11,834 bases of DNA. Origin: Candidatus Heimdallarchaeota archaeon. Lineage in GTDB: Archaea; Asgardarchaeota; Wukongarchaeia; Wukongarchaeales; JBHIFL01. The position numbers were made by a program, and so were the translations under genes. Positions 1 to 7,186 of this stretch are shown here, piece by piece. The notes beneath the pieces were generated by a model. That model saw only the letters and a list, made by a program, of their open reading frames with translations. It was not told the origin of the DNA and made no database searches. Numbering within the stretch: position 1 is the first letter of the stretch; the number at the start of each line of letters is the position of its first letter. The DNA is taken from contig JBHIFL010000108.1 of assembly GCA_046761065.1 (NCBI GenBank), positions 1 to 11,834 of the forward strand, written 5' to 3'.

Positions 1-59
1 TTTTGCCGGGCAGCCCTCTCACTCCTGACCGACTTGAGATAAAAAAATAATAGAAGAGG

Positions 60-806
60 TTATATCTTCCTCCTTGCAGATATCCTTTCTCTTCGTTTCC
101 AGATTCTAATCCCTGTTAAGAAGAGGAGTGGAAGGATCACAACCAGCCAAGTAAGGGAGAAAAACACCCCTTTCACTTCTTTTAGGGGAGGATCGATCGA
201 TGAAATCTCTATATCAAGAAAATAGGCGCCAAAACCTGTTTGGGCCTCCAAGAGGGCTCCAGAGTTTTTTTCATAGACTAAGGTTGTATTTTGAGAAGTA
301 GAGACTAAAATAAAGGATATCGTTTCAAAGGTTTTACCCATATAAACTTGATTTTTTTCTGGTACAGTGAGAGTTCCGTTGACCCATTCGGAGTTTGCTT
401 GTTCTTGCGCCTCTTCAGTGTGCTTTACCCAATCCGTATGCGTAATCAGTCCTGGACTCCATGTGAGAATCCCAAGCACTAAGGCTGATGCAATTTCAGC
501 TGAGCTGGAATTCGTTACTGTTAGATTGCCTATATTTAGATCCCCATAGACGTCCTCATTAACGGCAGTGACTGTGTAACTAATCTCTGAGCCATTTTCA
601 GCTTTCCAACTACCTAAATAGGTCCAAACGCCTATTCGATACCAAGGCACAGGTTGAGCATTTACTGAATGAATGTGCCATTCTGCGTGAGTTCCCACTT
701 GAACTGTAAAACCATCAACATTTGCCGCAGTTGATCCAATTGGGAGTGATAGAGCCACAAATGATACCCAAAAAACTTGAAATCTATTTTTGTTAATTGA
801 TGCCAT
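60..806 (-). CDS. Secreted/surface protein of unknown function with N-terminal signal peptide and C-terminal membrane anchor (248 aa)
   Basis: ATG preceded by AAGGAGG; hydrophobic N-terminus ending STAA; beta-rich Thr/Ser/Asn-rich body with several N-x-S/T sequons (NGS, NLT, NSS, NGT, NTT); C-terminal TM helix followed by a basic tail (KRRERISARRKI); 21 bp downstream of the DUF4430 gene. Confidence 0.8.
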   Translation of the reverse strand: MASINKNRFQVFWVSFVALSLPIGSTAANVDGFTVQVGTHAEWHIHSVNAQPVPWYRIGVWTYLGSWKAENGSEISYTVTAVNEDVYGDLNIGNLTVTNSSSAEIASALVLGILTWSPGLITHTDWVKHTEEAQEQANSEWVNGTLTVPEKNQVYMGKTFETISFILVSTSQNTTLVYEKNSGALLEAQTGFGAYFLDIEISSIDPPLKEVKGVFFSLTWLVVILPLLFLTGIRIWKRRERISARRKI

Positions 807-827
807 TTTAACGCCTCCTTTGATATA

Positions 828-1253
828 TCAATACATCTGGGGGTGTGTATAACGCCATTCCACAACCGAATCTTCCTGTATTACATAGACGCCTGCCCCG
901 ACTGGCGCAAGCTCCCCATCCACCCAGTATTGCCACCATCGATTATTGCCATCTTGATTATTTCGTATGCCATTGATTGCTACAATGAAACGGAGGGGAC
1001 CAGTTCCTGTTGTTTCCAAACTGAGATTTGTTAGGATCATTGCATCATACACGGTATAATTGGTTGAGGGGAGTGTTAAAGTGTATTCTTCGTTTGGAGC
1101 ATAACCCTTGTAGTTAATTATTAAGTGTACTTGGATAGAAGTTGGTTGGACATTGCCTGGGGTGGGCTCTATTAATGAACTTCCAAAAAGAATTAGCGTA
1201 GCCCCAATAATCAGAAGTATCATGGATAGCAGCACAGTTAATCGCTTGTTCAA
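828..1253 (-). CDS. DUF4430 (transcobalamin-like C-terminal domain) membrane-anchored protein, putative corrinoid-binding (141 aa)
   Basis: N-terminal TM helix, then TVYDAM...FIVAINGI...WWQYWVDGELAPVGAGVYVIQEDSVVEWRY, the DUF4430 pattern; TTG start with a GGTGA RBS that contains the upstream TGA stop. Confidence 0.85.
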   Translation of the reverse strand: MNKRLTVLLSMILLIIGATLILFGSSLIEPTPGNVQPTSIQVHLIINYKGYAPNEEYTLTLPSTNYTVYDAMILTNLSLETTGTGPLRFIVAINGIRNNQDGNNRWWQYWVDGELAPVGAGVYVIQEDSVVEWRYTHPQMY

Positions 1254-1257
1254 AAAA

Positions 1258-1908
1258 TCACCATTTAACTCCTTTTTCGTCGGGTTTCACCTCAACTGGA
1301 GGTTGAACTTGATGTTCTTCAAGGATATCAAGTCGGTCCTGAATGGAAGAGACCAACTGGAAGAGAAACGCATTTCCCAGCACGTGTAGGGGGGTAAAAA
1401 AGGGCGGAACTACGATTCCAATTACTAATAGAACAAAATAGGCGGATATGGGCTGCCCAAGCCATAAGACAAGACCTAACGTAGTTATCATGTCAAACAA
1501 AATAGCTAGGGTGGCTCCTGTGATTGCCAAAGCTATTTTCCCAGGTTTACAAGAGGATTTTTTCCATAATGCTCCTGTAAGGGCAATCAGTAGATAAGCA
1601 ATCAGCTTAAATGGAAAAATTATAGCACCTGAGCCAAAAAGTTGGGATGCAATGAGTTCAAAGATTACCGCTATTGTCATAGCTGTGAACATGCCTGTCC
1701 GGAACCCATACCGCAACGAAACAAGAAAGATCACTAATGTTATTGTCTCCAGATTTGGAACTAGAACAAGAAGTAAGCTTGTAGCTACTGCTAAAGCAGA
1801 AAATAGCGCAATTATGGCATAGTTCCACGTTTTTGTATGTTTGGCTTGGAAACTCATGACTTCGGGTGCAGTACCCGTGGATGGCGCGACCACTCTTATC
1901 ACCGACAA
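1258..1908 (-). CDS. ECF transporter S-component, CbrT-like (putative cobalamin/corrinoid); start uncertain (TTG 1908, GTG 1893 or ATG 1857)
   Basis: About six hydrophobic helices; N-terminal IALFSALAVA (AxxxA-type) followed by VPNLETITLVIFLVSLRYGFRTG, resembling the CbrT-type PN...G...G pattern; adjacent to DUF4430. Substrate is inferred from context. Confidence 0.75.
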   Translation of the reverse strand: MSVIRVVAPSTGTAPEVMSFQAKHTKTWNYAIIALFSALAVATSLLLVLVPNLETITLVIFLVSLRYGFRTGMFTAMTIAVIFELIASQLFGSGAIIFPFKLIAYLLIALTGALWKKSSCKPGKIALAITGATLAILFDMITTLGLVLWLGQPISAYFVLLVIGIVVPPFFTPLHVLGNAFLFQLVSSIQDRLDILEEHQVQPPVEVKPDEKGVKW

Positions 1909-1960
1909 TAGGATAGATTAACCTATAAATTTTTATCTCATCCTACATAGGATATCCTAC
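1908..1960. promoter_or_regulatory. Divergent promoter region with TATA box and repeated TAGGAT/ATCCTA half-sites (candidate operator)
   Basis: TATAAA at 1924-1929 (TTTATA on the minus strand, with A-rich BRE-like sequence upstream); TAGGAT 1909-1914, ATCCTA 1940-1945, TAGGAT 1948-1953, ATCCTA 1954-1959. Confidence 0.6.
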
Positions 1961-1987
1961 AAGGGGAAATCAATGAGGCATTAGTAT

Positions 1988-2647
1988 ATGTTGGAACTCT
2001 TAGAACAACTCTGCGGACCTAGACCTCTTGTCCCCCGTAAATTTACTGGCTCTCATGCCATAATGGCTTTGTTTTACCTCAAGGAAGAGCCCTATCTTGG
2101 TCGCTATATCCTTCAAGAACGGTTGGGCCTGAGTGAAGCAAGCGTTCGCAGCATTCTCAAACTCTTAAGACGCTACGGGTTGATTCAAGTGCTAAGTCAA
2201 AGAAAAGGCCACCGCCTTTCATCAAAGGGAGAAGAATTTGTCCAATGGTTGATGGATAGGATTGTTCCATTAAGAGGCATACAACTTCGTAATCTAATCC
2301 CAAAAGAGTATATTTCCGCGGGGTTTGTTGTGAAAGGTGCTAGACAACTCGTGACAAGTGGAATCGAACAACGAGACGATGTGATTCGTACAGGAGCACT
2401 AGGTGCGATAATTTTAATTGTTGATAGCATAGGAATTCGATTTCCTAGTGAAGAGCCAAACATGATAGACTACGCCACAGGAGATTTAGATGAATTACAA
2501 AAGACGGTTAGTGAGCATACCAAACAAGGGGATGTTATAGTGATTGGTTGGGGGCGGAACTCATTTGAGGCAGAAAACGGAGCAATAACTGCGGCTATTA
2601 AATTATTGAACACTATAGCGAAAAAATCCATCTCTGACAAGCCTTGA
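1988..2647 (+). CDS. DUF4443 / PH0730-like winged-helix protein, putative transcription regulator (219 aa)
   Basis: N-terminal wHTH (LGRYILQERLGLSEASVRSILKLLRRYGLI...GHRLSSKG) and C-terminal SGIEQRDDVIRTGALGA...GDVIVIGWG motif, which I recognise as typical of archaeal DUF4443 proteins. Confidence 0.8.
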   Translation: MLELLEQLCGPRPLVPRKFTGSHAIMALFYLKEEPYLGRYILQERLGLSEASVRSILKLLRRYGLIQVLSQRKGHRLSSKGEEFVQWLMDRIVPLRGIQLRNLIPKEYISAGFVVKGARQLVTSGIEQRDDVIRTGALGAIILIVDSIGIRFPSEEPNMIDYATGDLDELQKTVSEHTKQGDVIVIGWGRNSFEAENGAITAAIKLLNTIAKKSISDKP

Positions 2648-2710
2648 AAGTCGAATAAGGCATGTATAAGGTATGATTATCCCATTTTAGAACGCTCAAA
2701 GTAAGTTATA

Positions 2711-2723
2711 CCCCTTATAGGGG
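2711..2723. terminator. Short hairpin between convergent genes, possible terminator
   Basis: CCCCT-TAT-AGGGG between the stops at 2647 (+) and 2749 (-); no clear T-tract. Confidence 0.25.
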
Positions 2724-2748
2724 GCCTGTAAAAATTTATCCTATCAAG

Positions 2749-3792
2749 TTATTTTTTCCACGGTGGTGGAGTTCCATACTTTTTACAAGCGTTGACAAAC
2801 GTTTTTATGTGTTCACTAGGCGTTTCTATCCAGAAGTCACATCCTGGAGCAACGATACTAACTCCATCTTCAATGCAGCTCTTAACTGCCTCGTTGATCC
2901 TCTCGATAGGGCCCTGGTGTAGTATTCTGGAAGGGGAGACATTCCCAATTAGGGGGTATTTAGGCTTAATTTTATCAAGTTCTTCTCGTGCGTTCTTAAT
3001 AGGAGTCTTTTCATCTACCGCTATGGCGCTTGCGCCACATTCTACCATCTTATCTACAATCATTAAAGCAGAACCACAAATATTTAAGATCGTGGGTCCT
3101 TTTACACATCTGATAAGCTCTTTTAGATACGGCTTAACGAATTCATCGAAATGTTTAGGGGAAATGTTGTCGTTAGAAGCACCCATCTCATGAAAAGTAA
3201 TGACATCGGCTCCAGCATCCTTATATAAATTCGCAATTTCAGCATACAATCCAAGGGTGGTATTGCAAAGTTGGTGAACTTTCTCTGGGGACACCCTGAG
3301 CCACTTCAAGAATGTGATACTATCAACTAAGTAATTACTTAGGCTTGTGAAAGGAGGAACCACATAGACATTAACAGGAATTTCGCTTTCGAATTCCTTT
3401 TTTAATATTTTAATTGCTTCTATGACAACTGGAATTCTTCCAGCCGTTAACAAGTCCTCAGGAAATTGAAGATCCGGTGAGTCTTTTACCAGGAATTGCC
3501 GAGCCGTGGGCCACCTGATCTTATCTTCATGAAAGTCGATTGGTGCACCTAGGACCTCTGCTTCGATGGTCATGCAAAATGGTACCGATACATTGTCGAG
3601 ACCGCATAATCTGTGAGCTGCGGAGCCAAGTTTGGCCATTTTTACGGGATCTTTATGAGCTGCAGGCCAATAAGCGTCATAAGTCTTCATAAAATCAATG
3701 GTGCTAACACTGACAGGATTTATACACGGGATTCTATTAACCCCTTCTTTTTTCCCACTTAAAATGGCCATCAATCGCTCATATGACGTCAT
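2749..3792 (-). CDS. MtaA/CmuA-family (URO-D fold) corrinoid methyltransferase, paralogue 1; HxC motif altered to NxC (347 aa)
   Basis: MTSYERL start, PAAHKDPVKMAKL, VPFCMTIEAEVLG, GRIPVVIEAI, ISPKHFDEFVKPY, ILNICG, IGNVSP, APGCD. Confidence 0.9.
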   Translation of the reverse strand: MTSYERLMAILSGKKEGVNRIPCINPVSVSTIDFMKTYDAYWPAAHKDPVKMAKLGSAAHRLCGLDNVSVPFCMTIEAEVLGAPIDFHEDKIRWPTARQFLVKDSPDLQFPEDLLTAGRIPVVIEAIKILKKEFESEIPVNVYVVPPFTSLSNYLVDSITFLKWLRVSPEKVHQLCNTTLGLYAEIANLYKDAGADVITFHEMGASNDNISPKHFDEFVKPYLKELIRCVKGPTILNICGSALMIVDKMVECGASAIAVDEKTPIKNAREELDKIKPKYPLIGNVSPSRILHQGPIERINEAVKSCIEDGVSIVAPGCDFWIETPSEHIKTFVNACKKYGTPPPWKK

Positions 3793-3804
3793 TTTTCATC
3801 ATAT

Positions 3805-3831
3805 ACTAAAATAATCGTTTTAGTTATAAAA
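3805..3831 (-). promoter_or_regulatory. Putative TATA box plus adjoining inverted repeat upstream of paralogue 1
   Basis: Minus-strand TTTTATAA at 3831-3824, about 32 bp upstream of the ATG; ACTAAAA-N6-TTTTAGT at 3805-3824. Confidence 0.55.
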
Positions 3832-4035
3832 GTTTAGAGGGTTCAAATTTTGGAGGCGGTTGGCGTCTTGAATGGCTTCCTTTTTAGGCCATAAGGTTCC
3901 TTTAACTCTTCACTTAAAAAATCAATTCATAATCCCTTCGGATTCTTTTTGCAAGTCCTCTGAGATACAATTATGCTTAAGTTGCCGAAGTTTTAAGCTG
4001 TAATGGTATCATAGTGAAATGAATTCTGATTTTAG

Positions 4036-4059
4036 GAAAGAAAATAAGGATTTCTTATT
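4036..4059 (-). terminator. Possible terminator of the mtrH-like gene
   Basis: AATAAG-N5-CTTATT hairpin (4043-4059) followed on the minus strand by a T-rich run, about 30 bp after the stop. Confidence 0.35.
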
Positions 4060-4087
4060 ATGTATTTTCTTAAGAGGGTAAGATGTC

Positions 4088-5047
4088 TCAGTTCCCATTA
4101 AAACTCTCTTTAAGCTGGGTAGCAAAAACCAAGAAGAATTTATTCAGCGGGTGAGTCTCCATCTGAGGAAGATCATGTGTTAATTCAGCTCTAAAGGTGG
4201 CTTTAAGCATTTCCGCTAATGAAACAGCGGGGAAGATCCATTTCGCATTTTCTATTGGCCCATAAAAAAGAAAATCGCTCCATAGTGTGGTTACAGCATG
4301 AAGGGCGGCATCAATACTTGTGAATCCTAGTTTTCCCCACTTTTCTCTCGGGATACTCCATGCCTTAGGATCCGTTCCATTAGATGGACCACAACCAACT
4401 GGAAATCCGATTTGATCCCTAATCTTACACCCTGTGAGAAGTGAGATTGCTGTTGAAGGGGCATTCATTACCGATGTATCCACTAAAAGATGTTGGAACC
4501 CAGCTTTTCTCGCATAAGGAATTAATTTGGTTGTAAGTATAGAGAGGCGTCCCTGAACTGTAGCGTCTTCCTGATTAAATGCTACCAAGACAACATTTTC
4601 CTGCTGAAATTTGGAGAGCTGGGCAACTTCAAGGGGAAGATTCTTGCTCCAAGGCGCAAGACTGTTGTAGACTGTTCGATTTTGAAGTCCCTGTTCATAG
4701 ATAATTTGAGCAGCGGCAAGTTTGGTTTCTTCATGCCAAGCATCCACTGCAAAGGGCATATCTGTTACATTTGTGACAAAATTAATGTAGGTTTCAAATT
4801 CGTGGGGGCGAACTGCGACGAGATCAAGCATGCCAGGGATCCCAGTCTGATCGGAGAGCTCTTCTTGTCGATTAATTAAGATTTCCGCACGCTTTCGATC
4901 AAATCGTCCTTCTGACCTATCTTCAACAATTCGGTGCCCTGTGTAGAACATGGATCCAAAAAGAACAGTCGGATTTTTACCTAATTCTCCCCCAACTTTA
5001 ATACCCCCTATATTATAAGCCTGAATCTTTTTCTCAAAGGAAAACAT
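4088..5047 (-). CDS. mtrH: Stand-alone MtrH/MtgA-like methylcorrinoid:tetrahydropterin (H4MPT or H4F) methyltransferase (319 aa)
   Basis: MFSFEK...IGGIKVGGELGKNPTVLFGSMFYTGHRIVED...FDRKRAEILINRQEELSDQTG, FPVGCGPSN, DFLFYGPIENA, HPLNK; GGTGG RBS; no mtrA-G neighbours. Confidence 0.9.
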   Translation of the reverse strand: MFSFEKKIQAYNIGGIKVGGELGKNPTVLFGSMFYTGHRIVEDRSEGRFDRKRAEILINRQEELSDQTGIPGMLDLVAVRPHEFETYINFVTNVTDMPFAVDAWHEETKLAAAQIIYEQGLQNRTVYNSLAPWSKNLPLEVAQLSKFQQENVVLVAFNQEDATVQGRLSILTTKLIPYARKAGFQHLLVDTSVMNAPSTAISLLTGCKIRDQIGFPVGCGPSNGTDPKAWSIPREKWGKLGFTSIDAALHAVTTLWSDFLFYGPIENAKWIFPAVSLAEMLKATFRAELTHDLPQMETHPLNKFFLVFATQLKESFNGN

Positions 5048-5122
5048 AATGATTCCACCAAAACGGCATTAGATTATTTGTTGTTGCAGGTGATTACGTT
5101 TCTAAGTTTTTTGCGGAAGCAG

Positions 5123-5147
5123 AAGATGATTGAGGCATCTTTATTAA
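5123..5147 (-). promoter_or_regulatory. Putative internal promoter of the mtrH-like gene with adjoining inverted repeat
   Basis: Minus-strand TTAATAAA at 5147-5140 overlapping the edge of AAGATG-N7-CATCTT (5123-5141). Confidence 0.4.
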
Positions 5148-5166
5148 GCAGTTATTCCCAATAAGG

Positions 5167-5220
5167 TAATCCTGTTTGCAAAAGACAAGATGAATTAGTT
5201 TCATCTTAGAAAACAGATTA
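5167..5220. repeat. Nested inverted repeat / stem-loop directly after the RACE stop codon
   Basis: Inner AAGATGAA-TTAGT-TTCATCTT (5187-5207); outer TAATC(C)TGTTT (5167-5177) pairs with AAACAGATTA (5211-5220) with one bulge. Confidence 0.55.
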
Positions 5221-7173
5221 CTAAGAAGGTATTTTATTCAAGATCGCGTGGAGAGGCGGAAATTGATCCCGCATGTGAGGGAAGTACATTGCATTCATGA
5301 ACTCCTTCTCGAAGTCTTTTTCAACGGTCAGTTCAATATATTTAACCTGTTGCGCCAAAAGATTGGCTTTTTCCCGCATTTTTTTGTTAACGAGCGCGAT
5401 CCGAGCTCCATCACCTGCCGCATTGCCAACAGAGATCACCTTGTCGAGCGCACAACTCGGAAACATGCCAATCGTCATTGATGCAACTTTGTCTATATAA
5501 CTACCGAAAGCTCCAGCTAGTACGACCTTATCTAATGCTTCAACCCCCAAGTTTTTCATAAGCAACTTTGCGCCTGCGTAAAGTGCAGCTTTGGCCAGTT
5601 GAACAGCTCGCACATCTGAGAGGGTTATAGTGATATTACGTTCAATAGATGTTTCCTCTTTCCAGGCCACTACGAATTCCGGGAAGTTCTCTCCTTCGCT
5701 CCACATGAAGCGAGGACAGTCTAGTTCCCTATTAAGACGACCATTTTTCGCTATGATTCCCACCTTGAATAACTCTGCTATGCCGTCAATAACCCCCGAC
5801 CCGCAAATACCTCGTGCTCCAGGTGTATCCCCTTTAGTTTGCCAACCGTTTTTCCCAATCACTTTGTACCGAACCTCATAGGTATCCGGTTCGATTTGAA
5901 TATGTTCAATAGCCCCTAGCGCTGCCCGCATACCGTATTTGATGTGGGCCCCTTCAAACGCTGGTCCGGTGGCACAAGATGCGGAAACAAGCCCAAGTTC
6001 CCTATTTCCCAGTACCAGTTCTCCGTTTGTCCCAATGTCAATTACTAAACTGATCTCATCTTGATTTTGTGGCTCTGTGGCAAGCAACACCCCGACATTA
6101 TCAGCCCCTACAAATCCCGCTTCAATCGGAAGGACATGGACATTCGTGGAGGGGTGTAACACTAAACCGAGATCTCTAGCCCGGACATCTATGGCTTCGT
6201 GAAGAGTTGGGGGAAACGGAGATAGTCCTAAATGGCTTGGGTGAATACCTAAGAACAAATGATGCATCAAAGTGTTACCTACGACGGTCATTTCGAGAAG
6301 ATCCTCAATCGAGAGTCCAATCCGGTCAGTGGCCTTCTTGATAAGTTGATTGAGCCCGTTTATGATGGCTTGATTCAGTTTCTCTAAGCCATCTTCCTGT
6401 GACATAGCATAGGTAATTCGTGACATGACGTCTTCACCAAAAGCTACTTGGGGGTTCATCATCGCTTCAACAGCCACAACTCGTCCGGTTTTAAGATCCG
6501 TGAGATATCCCACGACGGTGGTGGTTCCTATATCAACCGCCATGCCATATTTTGCATCGTTCAGATTTGGTTCGAGCCGGATAATCTCTTTGTCATTCCA
6601 AACCGTGACTGTGACCTTCCAATCAGCCGCTCGAAGGATCTGGGAAAGTTCTTTCAAAATTGGTTGATCAATTTGGAGATTCCCGATACAATGGTTCTTT
6701 TTTAGGCCAGAACAAAGCCGTTCCCAATCCCCTAGTGAATCCTGCAATGTTGGTTGTGACAACTCAAGATAATACTTCCTTATTACGGGATCAATTACAA
6801 TAGGGATTTCTTGGGCTGCCTTTCTGATGATCTGTCCCCCTCCGCGCGCCTCCTCTGGAACAAAGACTAAAATTGGCCCCCGAACTCGAGCAAGGCATGA
6901 AAGCCGCCGGTTTTGTTTGAGTTCTGTCGAACTTAATCGCTCCTTTTCGGCGCTCTCCAGAGGGGAAAGATGCCCCATCTGTGAAGTAATTGAATATTTT
7001 TCAAAGAATCCTTCTTGAATCTCAACTTTACACTTCCCACAAACGCCTTTTCCGCCACAAATCCCCTCAATCTCCACCCCAAGCTCTTCTGCGGCTTCTT
7101 TAAGCGTTTTATTTTCTTTGATGAGACCTCTTTTGCCAGACGGCTGAAATATGACCAAGTGTTTCGGCGTCAT
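5221..7173 (-). CDS. ASKHA-domain ATP-dependent reductive activator of corrinoid enzymes (RACE; AcsV/RACo/DUF4445 type) with N-terminal [2Fe-2S] domain (650 aa)
   Basis: CGGKGVCGKC...RLSC [2Fe-2S] motif; VDIGTTT, FGEDVMSRI, GFVGAD, IDIGTNGE, SCATGPAFEG, GICGSG, VQLAKAA, LAGAFG, GNAAG. Confidence 0.95.
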   Translation of the reverse strand: MTPKHLVIFQPSGKRGLIKENKTLKEAAEELGVEIEGICGGKGVCGKCKVEIQEGFFEKYSITSQMGHLSPLESAEKERLSSTELKQNRRLSCLARVRGPILVFVPEEARGGGQIIRKAAQEIPIVIDPVIRKYYLELSQPTLQDSLGDWERLCSGLKKNHCIGNLQIDQPILKELSQILRAADWKVTVTVWNDKEIIRLEPNLNDAKYGMAVDIGTTTVVGYLTDLKTGRVVAVEAMMNPQVAFGEDVMSRITYAMSQEDGLEKLNQAIINGLNQLIKKATDRIGLSIEDLLEMTVVGNTLMHHLFLGIHPSHLGLSPFPPTLHEAIDVRARDLGLVLHPSTNVHVLPIEAGFVGADNVGVLLATEPQNQDEISLVIDIGTNGELVLGNRELGLVSASCATGPAFEGAHIKYGMRAALGAIEHIQIEPDTYEVRYKVIGKNGWQTKGDTPGARGICGSGVIDGIAELFKVGIIAKNGRLNRELDCPRFMWSEGENFPEFVVAWKEETSIERNITITLSDVRAVQLAKAALYAGAKLLMKNLGVEALDKVVLAGAFGSYIDKVASMTIGMFPSCALDKVISVGNAAGDGARIALVNKKMREKANLLAQQVKYIELTVEKDFEKEFMNAMYFPHMRDQFPPLHAILNKIPS

Positions 7174-7186
7174 TGACAGGGCCTTC

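Noticed and set aside
1-42. Possible 3' end of a plus-strand gene (FCRAALSLLTDLR*)
   Set aside because: Only 13 codons at the window edge; cannot be supported.
1858-1987. Cobalamin riboswitch upstream of the ECF S-component
   Set aside because: Too little room after the predicted start site and no B12-box-like sequence.
2729-2744. TAAAAATTTAT and an ATCCTA half-site resembling the 1908-1960 promoter region
   Set aside because: Single half-site in AT-rich DNA between convergent stops; likely chance.
4088-5047. mtrH as evidence of methanogenesis or a membrane Mtr complex
   Set aside because: No mtrA-G or mcr in the window; lone MtrH homologues occur in non-methanogens.
5167-5220. 3'-UTR hairpin containing ATGA as a possible SECIS element
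   Set aside because: No in-frame TGA in the nearby genes, and the ATGA is Watson-Crick paired rather than forming a GA quartet.
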